Below the pieces are notes generated by a model. It searched no databases. It was not told the DNA's origin and saw nothing but the letters and a program-made list of their open reading frames with translations. Below are positions 35,201 through 44,080 of a stretch of DNA of 64,000 bases, one piece after another. Position 1 is the stretch's first letter; the number at the start of each line of letters is the position of its first letter. Source of the DNA: Amoebophrya sp. A120 (taxonomy: Eukaryota; Protista; Dinoflagellata); assembly GCA_905178155.1 (NCBI GenBank), contig CAJINV010000003.1, positions 1,288,710 to 1,352,709 on the forward strand, in the 5' to 3' direction. The position numbers and the translations under genes were made by a program.

Positions 35201-38200
35201 CGCGGCTGACTCGCCCCCGCTTCCGCGACAGCCCAACGCCGTCCAGTAGCTCCAGGCGCCGCTCCTGTGCTGCGTCCATCGCCTGTTGCCTCGCAGTTCG
35301 CACCGGCTGCGAAATGTGCGCCGGTTTGCCGGTGCTGCTTCCTGCGCTCCTTGCCTCCCCGGGTGCGAAAGTTTGCGCGGGCTTGCTGCTGCCGCCCCCT
35401 GCGCCCTTTGTTCCCCCGGGGTCGAGAATGTGCGCCGGTTTGCCGGTAGCCTCGCCTCCTGCGCTTTCTTGGGAGTTGCGGATGATTTCCGCCACCCGGC
35501 GGTCCATCGATGACGACGACAACCGGTCGTCGTCGCTGTCCGCCGGAAACTCTTCATCTCCGGAGGAAGCAGGTCTTGCTCCGCTCGCAACGGAAGGTGG
35601 TGGAGCCGGAGGAACACCGCCGTCGGTGCTGCGCTGCGATTTCAAGATTGAGCGGACCGGCACCGGCGGCATGGCCGGCGCCTTATCCACGCCGAGACTC
35701 CCCGGCGGTGGAGGTTCGTCAAACGTGATCTTTACCCGCTTCCCCTGCTTCGCGCGAATGCCTCCGGCTTCTCCCGGTCCCTTTCTGCATCCGCCCATGT
35801 GCTGGAACAAGCGGTTTCTAGAGGTGAAGGTCCGGCCGCAGTAATCGCAGGTCGGGATGTGCTTGCCCTCCTGCAAAACCGAGTTGCGGTGGGTGGAGAC
35901 TCCACCCCGCACCTCCGTGAAAGGGTTTGCGAGCAGCCCCGCCCGTACTGGCTCCGGCGCCTCCAAGGTAGGTAGCTCCGCGACGTCAAAATGGTCGGCG
36001 ATAAGGTCCGTCAAGTCCGCATCCGCGTAGAGCTCGAGCTCGTACGCTTCCGGGTCGTGATCCTCTGGAACCTTCACCGGCGAAACGTCAGTGCCTGCGT
36101 ACGGCACTTCCGACTGCCCCACCAGAACTGTCACCTGGTCGTTAGGAATGTCGACGGCGGTGACCGTGCCGTCGACATTTCGGTGGAACTTCCCGTCCGG
36201 CCGACGGACGGAAACTGGCTGCCCCACTTGCAGCTCCTTTGTGCTTTTTGCGCGAGCGTAGGTGCGCCCCACGAGCTCCCGCCTGCGCTGCAGCGACTCG
36301 ATGTCGCGATTGAGAACCACCCGGCGCGCTGCCGTCTGGATCAGCTGCTTGCGTCGCATCCAGTTGTCGACTTCCTTGTCTTTAATCTCGGGGTCCGCTT
36401 CAAAGGCCTCGAGAAGGTTGTCCCACTGGCGGACACCGCGCGAAAAACTGCCGCTGACGAGGTTCAGCGCGCAGAGGCTGGTCTCGAACATCGGCACGGA
36501 GTTCAGCTGCCAGCAAATTTCGTCAAGCAGCTCCTGTTTGAACTCGAACTCGTCCGGATGCTCGTCCGAGTCGCACGCCGTCTTGACGACGTCGTCGAGC
36601 AACTCGGCGTAGTCCAGGTCGGCAGCCTCCTGCAGGACTGCATTTTGGGACAGCGTCCACAAGTAAAGCCCGACCCAGGGCGAGTATGGTGCCACCAGCA
36701 GCTTGTTCTCCATCTTCCTCGTTTGCACGTTGTCCCGCTCCAGTTTGCCAATGCGGAAGGCGGTCTTGAACGGTATGCCGAGGGGGCTGGAGTTGTGGTG
36801 GACGCAGCAGCGGCGGAACTTCCGCCCGTTGAACTCGGAGCCCTGGTCGTACAGGACGGTCTGCGGCTTGCCGCCGCAGATCTGCTTCATTTTATAAAAA
36901 AGCCGGATCGCCGCGCCCACTGCTCCTCCGCGGTGCTTGTCTATCAGCACCGCCGCCCGGACCCGCCCGCAGGCGTCTATTGCCTTAATCGTGCGGCCGA
37001 TGCGAAGCGGGAGTTGGTCGAAGATCCAAATTTTGTTGATGTCGTCTGCGAATTGCTGCAGTGCGCCGCGCTGCTTAACGCTGGCGACGTCGTCAAAAAA
37101 TCCGCAAAGCTTGCAGGCGGCCCGGATTTTTTCCATCTCCGTGCGCGCCAGCCCTGTGAAAAGGTTCTTGATGGTCGGCGAGTGCCCCAACAGCCTGTGC
37201 TCCCGCGCCAAGTAGTTCTTCTCCGCCTGCGTCAGCGCAGGCTCCTGCACGAGCGACCCGTCGGCGTCTTCGCAAATGACGCTTTCGCTGGAGCTCAACT
37301 CCTGCAAGAGAAGATCCTCGTCGGCCGTGGAGGAAGAAGACGAAACAGAGGCACTACTGTCCTCTTCCGCACTGCTCTCCCCGCTGGAGATGTATGCAGC
37401 CGCTGCTGCTGGTGCGGCCCCGCCGCCTGCCTGGTCTTTCGCACTGCTGTAGCAGATGGAGAACCTCACCTGCTCCACTATGTCGCGGCGATCGAGGTGC
37501 TCGCCAAGAAGCTGTCTTTCTGCGGAGACCCCCTGCTGCTGTGCGATCTGTACCGAAGGTAGTGGCGCCTGCGCCAAAAGCGCACAGGCAAAATGAGAAC
37601 GCGCAGTGCTGTGCTCGTCCCCGAACTTGAGACGTGGCCGGAGTGGCGTCGTTGTGCGCCCGGCGGCTTCTTCGAAGGAAATCACTTCGATCTCCACCAT
37701 CGCAATCTGCACCGGAGCAAGGGTGTGCGTCGTCCCCTGGACCCGAATGACTGCGGGTTCGCAGCTGTAGTCCATGACGACACCGTGGGAGCGGATCCAC
37801 GGCTGCCCTAGCAGGATCGGAAAGTTGCCAAGCTCGCCGTGCTCCACGATCCAAAAAACTGCGGAGTAAACGTCCCTCCGCCCCTTGATGCGGAAGAACA
37901 CCTCCAGGCAGTGCGTGGCCCGTGGTGCGTTTAGGTCCTCCGCGTCCCCGGCGATGGAGCTGAAGGTGACTGGAACCGGCGCCGGAAATCGCCCTCGAGG
38001 ATACAGAACCTCGATGCGTCGCGCGACGCTTCCCGGGAGGCAGTTATGCGAACTGTCGGGGTCGACCCCAACCAGGCCTGCAAACGGCCTGCTTTTGTCC
38101 TTGGTCGCCAGCAGAATGGTGCCGGCCGCTTGCGCCAGCGTTAGATTTACAACCCCCGGAACCGTTGGCCCGTCGAAATTTGTCTGCGGGGCTGCCCGGC

Positions 38201-40058
38201 GGATTAGTTTCTTCCCCTCGCTTGCGAACGGCTGCTTCCGACGCTTCAGCGGAGAAGTATCTCCGCCTGCGGGCTGCAGAACTGACGAAGAAGACGAGGA
38301 CGTGGAGCCACTGCCAGGAGAATCCCTGGCCTGGCCCGGGCTGGTTTTGTTCTCTTTCCCGATGGGCTTCGGGACAATGCTACCTTGTGGCCCAAAGGGT
38401 TCAACAGCCGGAAGCCCATCGGTTTTGTCTGTTCCACCGGGCTGCTTGTGGTCCCCCTCCGCTTCCGAAGGAGAGTCTGATGGCTCCTGCGCGGGCTGTG
38501 CTGCCGAAGAAGTGCTTCCAGGTCCGCCCGAAGAAGTGGCGTCCCGCCCGGAGGTCGTGCGCGTTGCGCGGGCGTCTTCCGCCTGCACCTCCGGCTCGCC
38601 GGGATATTCGTCCAACTCCTCGTCGCTGGAGTCGTCGCTGCCTTCGAAAGCTAGCGCGGAGAAGCGGTTCGCGTACCGCTCCCGGTCCTTACACTTGCTG
38701 GGAAGTTGCTCCGCGGCTTTGGCGCCCCGTTCTGCGAGCGCCGGTTGCTTCGGACAAATCCAGTTTCCCCGCTCCGTGTCGCCCTGAAACTCCGAAAGGT
38801 CTACCGTGACCTGCGAAGCAGAAGAAGTAGTAGAAGGGGCCGGCCGCATGATAACATCCGCGGAACAAGAGGAAGCATCCGCTTGGCCATCTCCCGCCGA
38901 GGTGGTTTTTGCTGGTGTGTCTGCCGTAGCATCGGGGGGATAATAATGCGGCTTCGCTTCGTTCCCCATAGCACCCGCGGAAGAAGAGGCTGCGGCACCG
39001 CCTCCCGCCGAGGTGGTTGTCGCGTTCCCCGTAGCACCACCTCTCGTCGAGGTGGTTGTCGCATCGGGAGAAGCAGGCGGAACACCACCTCCCATCGAGG
39101 TGGTTTGTGTTGGTGCGCCCACCGTAGCAGTGGGGGGATAATAATCCGGCGTCGCTTTGTTCCCCATAGCACCCGCGGAAGAAGAGGCTGCGGCACCACC
39201 TCCCGTCGAGGTGGTTGTCGCGTTCCCTGTAGCACCCGCGGAAGAAGAGGCTGCGGCACCACCTCCCGTCGAGGTGGTTTTCGCATCGGTAGAAGCAGGC
39301 GGCGCCCCACCTCCCGTCGAGGTGGTTGGTGCTGGTGTGGCCGCCGTAGCATCGGGGAGATAATATTCTCCCGCCGCGCCTTCCCCGCCTTGAGGTCCCT
39401 CGCCCTTCAAAATGTGCGCCGGTTTGCCGCTAGGGTCGTCGCCTGCTGTTGTTTCGGTATTTCCAACCCGAACGGACACGTCGACCGCCAGCGAGGGTAA
39501 GCTGCAGCCGGTAGAACTGCAAGTGCACAGCGCGAAAGATCGCTGCGCCGGTGGCTTCTTGCATTCGTCGCAAGAAGAAGTCGTAGAAGTAGTGCCCGAA
39601 CCAGCTGTCGTAGGTCCTGCGCCCGCTGCATCTTTGGCAGCAAAGCGAGGCGCAGCTGACGTAGCCAAAATGGCGTCCGCCAGCGCGGAAGTGCTGGTAG
39701 TTGCTGTCCCGGCGCCAACCGTTGAAACCGAGGTCGCCGGATGCTGTGCGACCTGTTGCGCCGGAACAGCGGGTAGGTTCGGTGCCGGAAGTGCCGCCGG
39801 CCGCGGCTGGTGCGCTTTCGGCACCCAAATGGTAGAACTCGAGTTGTTTTTTTGGTGTTTTTTGGTTTTTGTTGAAGATGAAGTTGCAACAGAGCTGGTT
39901 GCTGCTGAATCTGCACCGGAAACTTGAAAAGCCGCAGGTGGCTGCGGTGCGGTGCTGGTGGAAGAAGACGATGACGACCGTGATGAAAAAGTGTTTGTCG
40001 ATGTCGCGGCCCCTCCCTGCGCCGCTGTAGTTGCCGATGGCGCAGGAGGGTCGAGGAG
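32220..40058 (-). CDS. pol: Pol polyprotein (protease-integrase-C2H2 ZnF-RT-RNase H), open right up to the gag stop
   Basis: Protease GVDPDSSHN...ILLGQPW. Integrase HRLLGH..CKLC, WIFD, YDQGSEF, GKLERDN. Copia RT KCRWISRGFED, DFREAFIQG, LYGQKDAPKGW, DPALF, LHVDD. RNase H CGDAA, SSTAVE, LTDARN, HIAGRMNWTDPLTK. Codons 39825-40058 were checked by hand and are stop-free. Confidence 0.95.
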   Translation of the reverse strand, partial: LLDPPAPSATTAAQGGAATSTNTFSSRSSSSSSTSTAPQPPAAFQVSGADSAATSSVATSSSTKTKKHQKNNSSSTIWVPKAHQPRPAALPAPNLPAVPAQQVAQHPATSVSTVGAGTATTSTSALADAILATSAAPRFAAKDAAGAGPTTAGSGTTSTTSSCDECKKPPAQRSFALCTCSSTGCSLPSLAVDVSVRVGNTETTAGDDPSGKPAHILKGEGPQGGEGAAGEYYLPDATAATPAPTTSTGGGAPPASTDAKTTSTGGGAAASSSAGATGNATTTSTGGGAAASSSAGAMGNKATPDYYPPTATVGAPTQTTSMGGGVPPASPDATTTSTRGGATGNATTTSAGGGAAASSSAGAMGNEAKPHYYPPDATADTPAKTTSAGDGQADASSCSADVIMRPAPSTTSSASQVTVDLSEFQGDTERGNWICPKQPALAERGAKAAEQLPSKCKDRERYANRFSALAFEGSDDSSDEELDEYPGEPEVQAEDARATRTTSGRDATSSGGPGSTSSAAQPAQEPSDSPSEAEGDHKQPGGTDKTDGLPAVEPFGPQGSIVPKPIGKENKTSPGQARDSPGSGSTSSSSSSVLQPAGGDTSPLKRRKQPFASEGKKLIRRAAPQTNFDGPTVPGVVNLTLAQAAGTILLATKDKSRPFAGLVGVDPDSSHNCLPGSVARRIEVLYPRGRFPAPVPVTFSSIAGDAEDLNAPRATHCLEVFFRIKGRRDVYSAVFWIVEHGELGNFPILLGQPWIRSHGVVMDYSCEPAVIRVQGTTHTLAPVQIAMVEIEVISFEEAAGRTTTPLRPRLKFGDEHSTARSHFACALLAQAPLPSVQIAQQQGVSAERQLLGEHLDRRDIVEQVRFSICYSSAKDQAGGGAAPAAAAAYISSGESSAEEDSSASVSSSSSTADEDLLLQELSSSESVICEDADGSLVQEPALTQAEKNYLAREHRLLGHSPTIKNLFTGLARTEMEKIRAACKLCGFFDDVASVKQRGALQQFADDINKIWIFDQLPLRIGRTIKAIDACGRVRAAVLIDKHRGGAVGAAIRLFYKMKQICGGKPQTVLYDQGSEFNGRKFRRCCVHHNSSPLGIPFKTAFRIGKLERDNVQTRKMENKLLVAPYSPWVGLYLWTLSQNAVLQEAADLDYAELLDDVVKTACDSDEHPDEFEFKQELLDEICWQLNSVPMFETSLCALNLVSGSFSRGVRQWDNLLEAFEADPEIKDKEVDNWMRRKQLIQTAARRVVLNRDIESLQRRRELVGRTYARAKSTKELQVGQPVSVRRPDGKFHRNVDGTVTAVDIPNDQVTVLVGQSEVPYAGTDVSPVKVPEDHDPEAYELELYADADLTDLIADHFDVAELPTLEAPEPVRAGLLANPFTEVRGGVSTHRNSVLQEGKHIPTCDYCGRTFTSRNRLFQHMGGCRKGPGEAGGIRAKQGKRVKITFDEPPPPGSLGVDKAPAMPPVPVRSILKSQRSTDGGVPPAPPPSVASGARPASSGDEEFPADSDDDRLSSSSMDRRVAEIIRNSQESAGGEATGKPAHILDPGGTKGAGGGSSKPAQTFAPGEARSAGSSTGKPAHISQPVRTARQQAMDAAQERRLELLDGVGLSRKRGRVSRGSTAAAAEDAAPSLKKLRSSPGSSFASYCSADFATADRVWDTGLGPDERLFQAGKLHPVVLQALGSCVGSMDVKLRDGRVYLAPSTHVPIGATTRAFDFTALQAVSALLDDQQNSNRKKLSFNLLAGENRPCFLFSQLLNGQSVGKRLNAADNRKEFQYFCTAAEVGRDRVPAEKFRGNFCYLVWGTDTTPRFLSAEEATGTFPGCFVARVYYDIMDDAHEAIEAYTREKGLKSSALTFTIEDADTVGFNSYAYAAICAEVLAIDHHGVLGDRFKKAELLAKAKNIVSSRLLLTIKIDRTSGALLKIKCRWISRGFEDDRFSPTRVGAVPSCRSHTAHDASITLVCQFAQALRVPLSLGDFREAFIQGMEFDQLYPDGPEEDREVYLEVPRILQRMMIPGMSLLDECVRLRKCLYGQKDAPKGWEVQVFLECLRIRFTQSLVDPALFVYFPTSKERQVIEDGKEEEYFWAKLAELKKFPAVAVADRVRVLDAGSEDDRVQNFTPAKDDPQLLSEATVRIGQELFNHYQRKDKPIGALALHVDDSKSAGRLLFYLRLTILFERFTLSSWTVLQAARRDSFVGRELIARPLVFDQLALAQELARKTDLCDELDFVATADCREFPAAADIEFAEAKTGVKADTVVEKYPLAEQRKYDAALVPELNKLEVAVVYLLSMETYASKMQLVTRSDVEKFLQKRATTKNKFLLKQLRNPYRGPVGEVAWLQKCNACILEMFSELAGVVHLVEKENNPDSDLVKSFLCDVNNLIRLAKTAGWNTKRVLRLGNLWEHLPVGCGDAAQRRVGGQTCLFGTETSRVTTISEFSRIPKRVFAASSSTAVEVLCQRMLASEMIYLNTLCLDLHLTRAGREVVQLTDARNALGEPRERNIRADWQSVNQLVEQRLLVLRHIAGRMNWTDPLTKWLAETKPFLLHLAANRGVIDQRVYLVLRGIFDTILEREASGKTVRDEWEATNKAAAAAADESSFQQHDTAPGVLV

Positions 40059-41717
40059 TCACGACCCGGCGATCTTTCCCTTCGCCTTCGTGATATACTC
40101 CTCCACCTTGGCGACCTTCTTCGCCATCTGCTCCTTCACCTTTGTAGACTTGGCTTTCTTGGCGTACTCCTGCACCTTCTTCAGGCGGTCCTCCTGGAAC
40201 GCCAAATACTTTTCCGGGTGCGTCTCCAAGAAGCTGTCCATGGCCTTTGCGTAGTCCTTTTCGGTGTGGGCCTTGTCGCAAAAGCCAGTGTCTCGAAGGT
40301 TGGCGCAGTTTGCCCCCGCCGGGCACGGCTGCTTCTTCTTCCTTTCTTTCTCGGGAGTTCGCTCTTCCAGCGGAGCGCCGCCGCCGAAGTGCGACAAACC
40401 CCGGGTCGCGGGTCCACTCGCAGCGTCATCTCCAGACTTCCCGGAGCGCCAGGCCTCGTTGATCAACGCGTGATGGGACTTGTCACTGTCCCCACCGTTG
40501 ACCTCGCCCAGAATCGTCAACAGCTCCGCAAGGTGGCTACCTTCGCCCGCCTTGTTCGGAGTGTGCTTCCCGTCGACGTATCGCTTCTTGTCCGGAATTT
40601 GGCAGCTGCGGACCAAGGAGATGAACCCGGGCCAGGTGTAGGACTGCTTCTTTACCTCGATGCGCAGGCCGTGCACGTGCGACGGCTCCACGCACATCGC
40701 GTTCAGCGCCGTGCTGATTTTCTGCGCGTCGGTCTTCTTTCCATCGTCCGAAATCTGGTCCAGCCGCTTGAACGCCACGTCCAGCATGGCCATGAAGACG
40801 CTGATCTCCTGGCCGTCCAAGCGCTTCACCTTCGGCAAAAGAACATCCGTTTTCTCGAGGATGTCCGCAACGAAGGGCGCGAAGTGGTCTTCCAGCTCGG
40901 TCATGATGGTGGTCAGATCGCGCGAAGCGTTCCCGACCAAAGCAGCCTCACCCGCGTGACCCGCAAAAGCCTTTCCCATTAGCTGCCCGCCGAGCGTGGT
41001 CGGCGTGGCTCCCAGCTGCAGGAGCTCATGGGCCCACAGGTAAACTTCTTCCTTCCACTTCCGCATGCCGAAGTCTTTGCGCAGCGGCGGAGTGGTTAGC
41101 TTTTTCAGCAGCTCCTTCTGGATCGGATCCAGCGCCGCTGGCTTGCGCTGCGCGCTGTGCAGCGAAGACCAGTCGATGCGGTGCGCGCGCTCTGCTCCTT
41201 GCCCGACGGTAACCATCGGAATCGTCTCAGGAGTCAGCAGGGCGCAGTCACCCTCTTCGCCGTCAGAACCGGTGCTGTTATTAGTGGTCTCGGAGGAGGA
41301 TGCTGCAGCGGCACCCTGCTCCGGCTGTAACTGCCGGCCAGGCAGTTTCTGTGCGGCCTCGAGGTCATCGCACTTCTCGAGAAGTTCCATCTCGACCGCG
41401 CCGAGCTTCTCGTCGTGCTCATGCTCGAGCTCCGTAAGCGCGGCCCGCAGCGTAGCGAGTTCGCCTTCGTACTCCTTGCGCAGCTGCTGCAGCTGCAGCT
41501 CGTACTTGGCCTTCTCTTCTTCGGTGATCCGCTTCTGTTCTTCGCGGACGATGGCCGCAATCCGCTCCCGCTCCGCAGCGGTAGCAGCAGCTTCTGCTGC
41601 GGCCTTCTCCTCCGCCGCCTGTGCAGCTGCGCGCGCCTCGGCGGCAGTCCGCTCCTGCTCCTCGAGGAGCTCGCGGCGGATCTGGTCCCGCGACTGCAAG
41701 AACCCGAAGCAGCTCAT
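40059..41717 (-). CDS. gag: Gag-like protein with coiled coil and CCCH-type zinc finger
   Basis: First ATG after the PBS (MSCFGF, 41717). Coiled-coil N-terminus, helical capsid-like core (KRLDGQEISVFMAMLD), then CPAGANCANLRDTGFCDKAH. TGA at 40059-40061. Confidence 0.85.
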   Translation of the reverse strand: MSCFGFLQSRDQIRRELLEEQERTAAEARAAAQAAEEKAAAEAAATAAERERIAAIVREEQKRITEEEKAKYELQLQQLRKEYEGELATLRAALTELEHEHDEKLGAVEMELLEKCDDLEAAQKLPGRQLQPEQGAAAASSSETTNNSTGSDGEEGDCALLTPETIPMVTVGQGAERAHRIDWSSLHSAQRKPAALDPIQKELLKKLTTPPLRKDFGMRKWKEEVYLWAHELLQLGATPTTLGGQLMGKAFAGHAGEAALVGNASRDLTTIMTELEDHFAPFVADILEKTDVLLPKVKRLDGQEISVFMAMLDVAFKRLDQISDDGKKTDAQKISTALNAMCVEPSHVHGLRIEVKKQSYTWPGFISLVRSCQIPDKKRYVDGKHTPNKAGEGSHLAELLTILGEVNGGDSDKSHHALINEAWRSGKSGDDAASGPATRGLSHFGGGAPLEERTPEKERKKKQPCPAGANCANLRDTGFCDKAHTEKDYAKAMDSFLETHPEKYLAFQEDRLKKVQEYAKKAKSTKVKEQMAKKVAKVEEYITKAKGKIAGS

Positions 41718-41754
41718 CTCGGCCTCACTTAGTGACCGCCGTCCTTCCTTTGGT

Positions 41755-41772
41755 CGCTCTGGGGCCTCACCA
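41755..41772 (-). other. Primer-binding site
   Basis: TGGTGAGGCCCC... directly after the 5' LTR on the minus strand, complementary to a tRNA 3' CCA end. The tRNA identity was not determined. Confidence 0.75.
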
Positions 41773-42374
41773 TGTCCAAAACCAAGTAGCAAAAACGCGG
41801 AAAGCCGCCCGCGGCTAGAGCGTCTACGATCCGTAGACGGCCTGCCAGCCCGGGAGGCGGAAACGATCGAAAACCGAGAACGCGGACTGATCGATCTTGT
41901 GCGAACAGGTCTCGCCTGTGGTTTTGCGAACAGACTGAACGAACGACACCTCAGGGGTGGCGGTTTTAGTGTGTATCTAGCCTCAAAACTACAGAAAGCA
42001 GGAAAATCGGTCCGGTTCAAGAGCGTTCGTTCTGACGTCGCTCACAAGACGTCTTTCGCTCGCGCTTCACATTCGCAGAAGCGGAAAAGCAGAACAAGTG
42101 TCCAAAATCCTCTGTCTCTGTATCGTTCAAACACAAACGTGGCCTGGCAGCAACCGCTGCCAGGGCTGCAGTCTCTAAGCGCCTCAACTGCAGGCAAAAC
42201 ACCTCTTGCGCAACACTGGCCGTGATGCCAGCACCTGCAAACGCCAGGCGGCGCCAGTAAATTCACCAGCCGCAGGACCGTATGCGCCCCGCGGGCGCCA
42301 GTAAAATTGCAAGCCACCGAACAAACTGCGCCGGCATGGTGCAGCGGCCTGGTCTGCGTGGTGGTTTTTCAACA
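41773..42374 (-). repeat. 5' LTR
   Basis: 602-bp direct repeat of 31602-32203. Confidence 0.95.
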
Positions 42375-43329
42375 GAGCGTGTTCCGCGATATTGCTGAGA
42401 TCCTCACTAGGATTTAATATCGATAAAAACAGATAGAGCATGCGCATAATGCTGCGCATCAGCGATATCATCTTAGCAATTGTGGTGCTGGTGGGGTGCA
42501 CACCACCAGCGCCACAAATTGGCACGCCTGCGCCTGTATATCGTAGATTTTACAGCCTTAGCGCTTCAGGGTCGTACTTAGCTGGTTAAGGTCGTGAATA
42601 TCGCTAGAGTCGTGGGCCAGGAGTGGGGGGAGAGAATCGAGAGGGATTCGCGTACTCTGCTCGTGTTTCGAGGATATCCGCATGCTATGGCGGACGTGGA
42701 CTGACAGTGCGCATCTTCCTTTGCTGTTTTAGGTTGGTTCTACTATATCTGGTTCCTCGACGGAGGTCGTCGAGTGGTTCTGCCGCATTGGGAAGCGTGT
42801 TGTCAGTGCGTTGCTCAGATAGTTCGATGCTATTTAACATCTGTGATGTGAAGCGTTTTTTTAGTTTTATGAGGAGTTTTTGTATTTTTTCAAGATTTGC
42901 ATTTTTTTCCATTTTTAAAAATATGAGGAAAATCGGTTAGCATGTGGCAAAATTGATCCACAAAAGTAACGCATATTACTCAATATAAAGTCTAATTGGT
43001 ATCTGCCACACGTTATGCGATATCTTTTACAATTTTCAGGAATTGAGTGAATTTCAAATCTTATGAGAATTTTGCAAAAACCTGAAACGATGTAAACTAT
43101 GGACAATCAGCCTTGTTCAAAGTAATGCAAAGCGCCCAAAGATAAAAACACCAGCAATCTATTTGCCTTGTGTGCCTTCTTATGAAACTATTTTCCTTTT
43201 TCCCAGATTTCGGGGCCTGGCTTATCTGCAAGGGTTTTGGAAAGGGGCCCATGCGGGGGGCCTTTTGTGGAAGAGCTTCTGGGGGCTTATCAAGGAAAAT
43301 GGACATAAGGGCTTTCCATTAGCCCCCCC

Positions 43330-44080
43330 CCCCCCCATGCGGGTCCGGAATTTGCGCCTTGATGCCCCTGCCCCAAGCAGGAAGCGCACCCCTGCGGCGC
43401 CGATCGGGCACCCCATCCTCGAACCTGGCCGAAGCGGGGCCCCCCATGTGGAGAGGAGGCCTGTCGCCACCGGGGGTCCCCGCAAGGGCCGCGTGGCCCC
43501 ACGGGTTCAACCCCCGCAAGACCCCCCGCCGGGCCGCGAATTCGGGTCCTACATTTCCCCCAACCAGGGCGGATATCTGCCTGTCGCGGGGGCCGGCCCG
43601 GAGCCGGAATGTATCTGGCGCTGGACCCCGGCGAGAAGCGGAAGTCCGATCGTTGCGGGGCCGCAACTCGGCTTGGGAATTTGGCCCTCGCGGGGCCCCC
43701 GCCCGGCTGCGGCGCTCCTGCCCGAAGCGGGAATTTGCCGCCTGCGGGACCGCCGCCCGAGGCGAGCGGAACTTTGACCTTTGCGGGGCCCCCGCAAGAA
43801 GCGGGGGAGCCTGGCCCTCGCAAGTTCCCCGGCCGCGCCGGAAATTTGGCCTCGGCCAAGCCCGCCAACGCCACCGCCGCCAGGGTCGGCAACGTGACCC
43901 AAGCGGGGCCCCCGCCCGGGGCGGGAATTCGACCCATGCGGCGCCTCCGCAGGGAGCGGGAGTTGGACCCTCGCGAGGCCCCCGCCCGGGCCGGGAGTTT
44001 GACCTCGCCGTGTTGTTTCCCGGTCCGGGAGATTGACCCTCTGTGGGCCCGAGCCGGGAACCCCACCCTCGGAGGGCCCG
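43330..44080. repeat. GC-rich degenerate ~35-bp minisatellite (SCGGGAATTTGRCC core)
   Basis: Cores at ~43535, 43569, 43605, 43638, 43674, 43727, 43766, 43801, 43837, 43887, 43921, 43956, 43991 and 44025. Confidence 0.7.

Larger units (their letters stand above)
31602..42374 (-). mobile_element. Intact Ty1/copia-order LTR retrotransposon
   Basis: Two 602-bp TG...CA LTRs, 5-bp TSD GAGCG (31597-31601 and 42375-42379), PBS, gag and PR-IN-RT-RH pol. Confidence 0.97.

Noticed and set aside
41718-42020. N-terminal extension of gag (MNRTDF...) in the ORF track
   Set aside because: It starts at a non-ATG codon inside the LTR and the same reading occurs in the 3' LTR. The first ATG after the PBS is more plausible.
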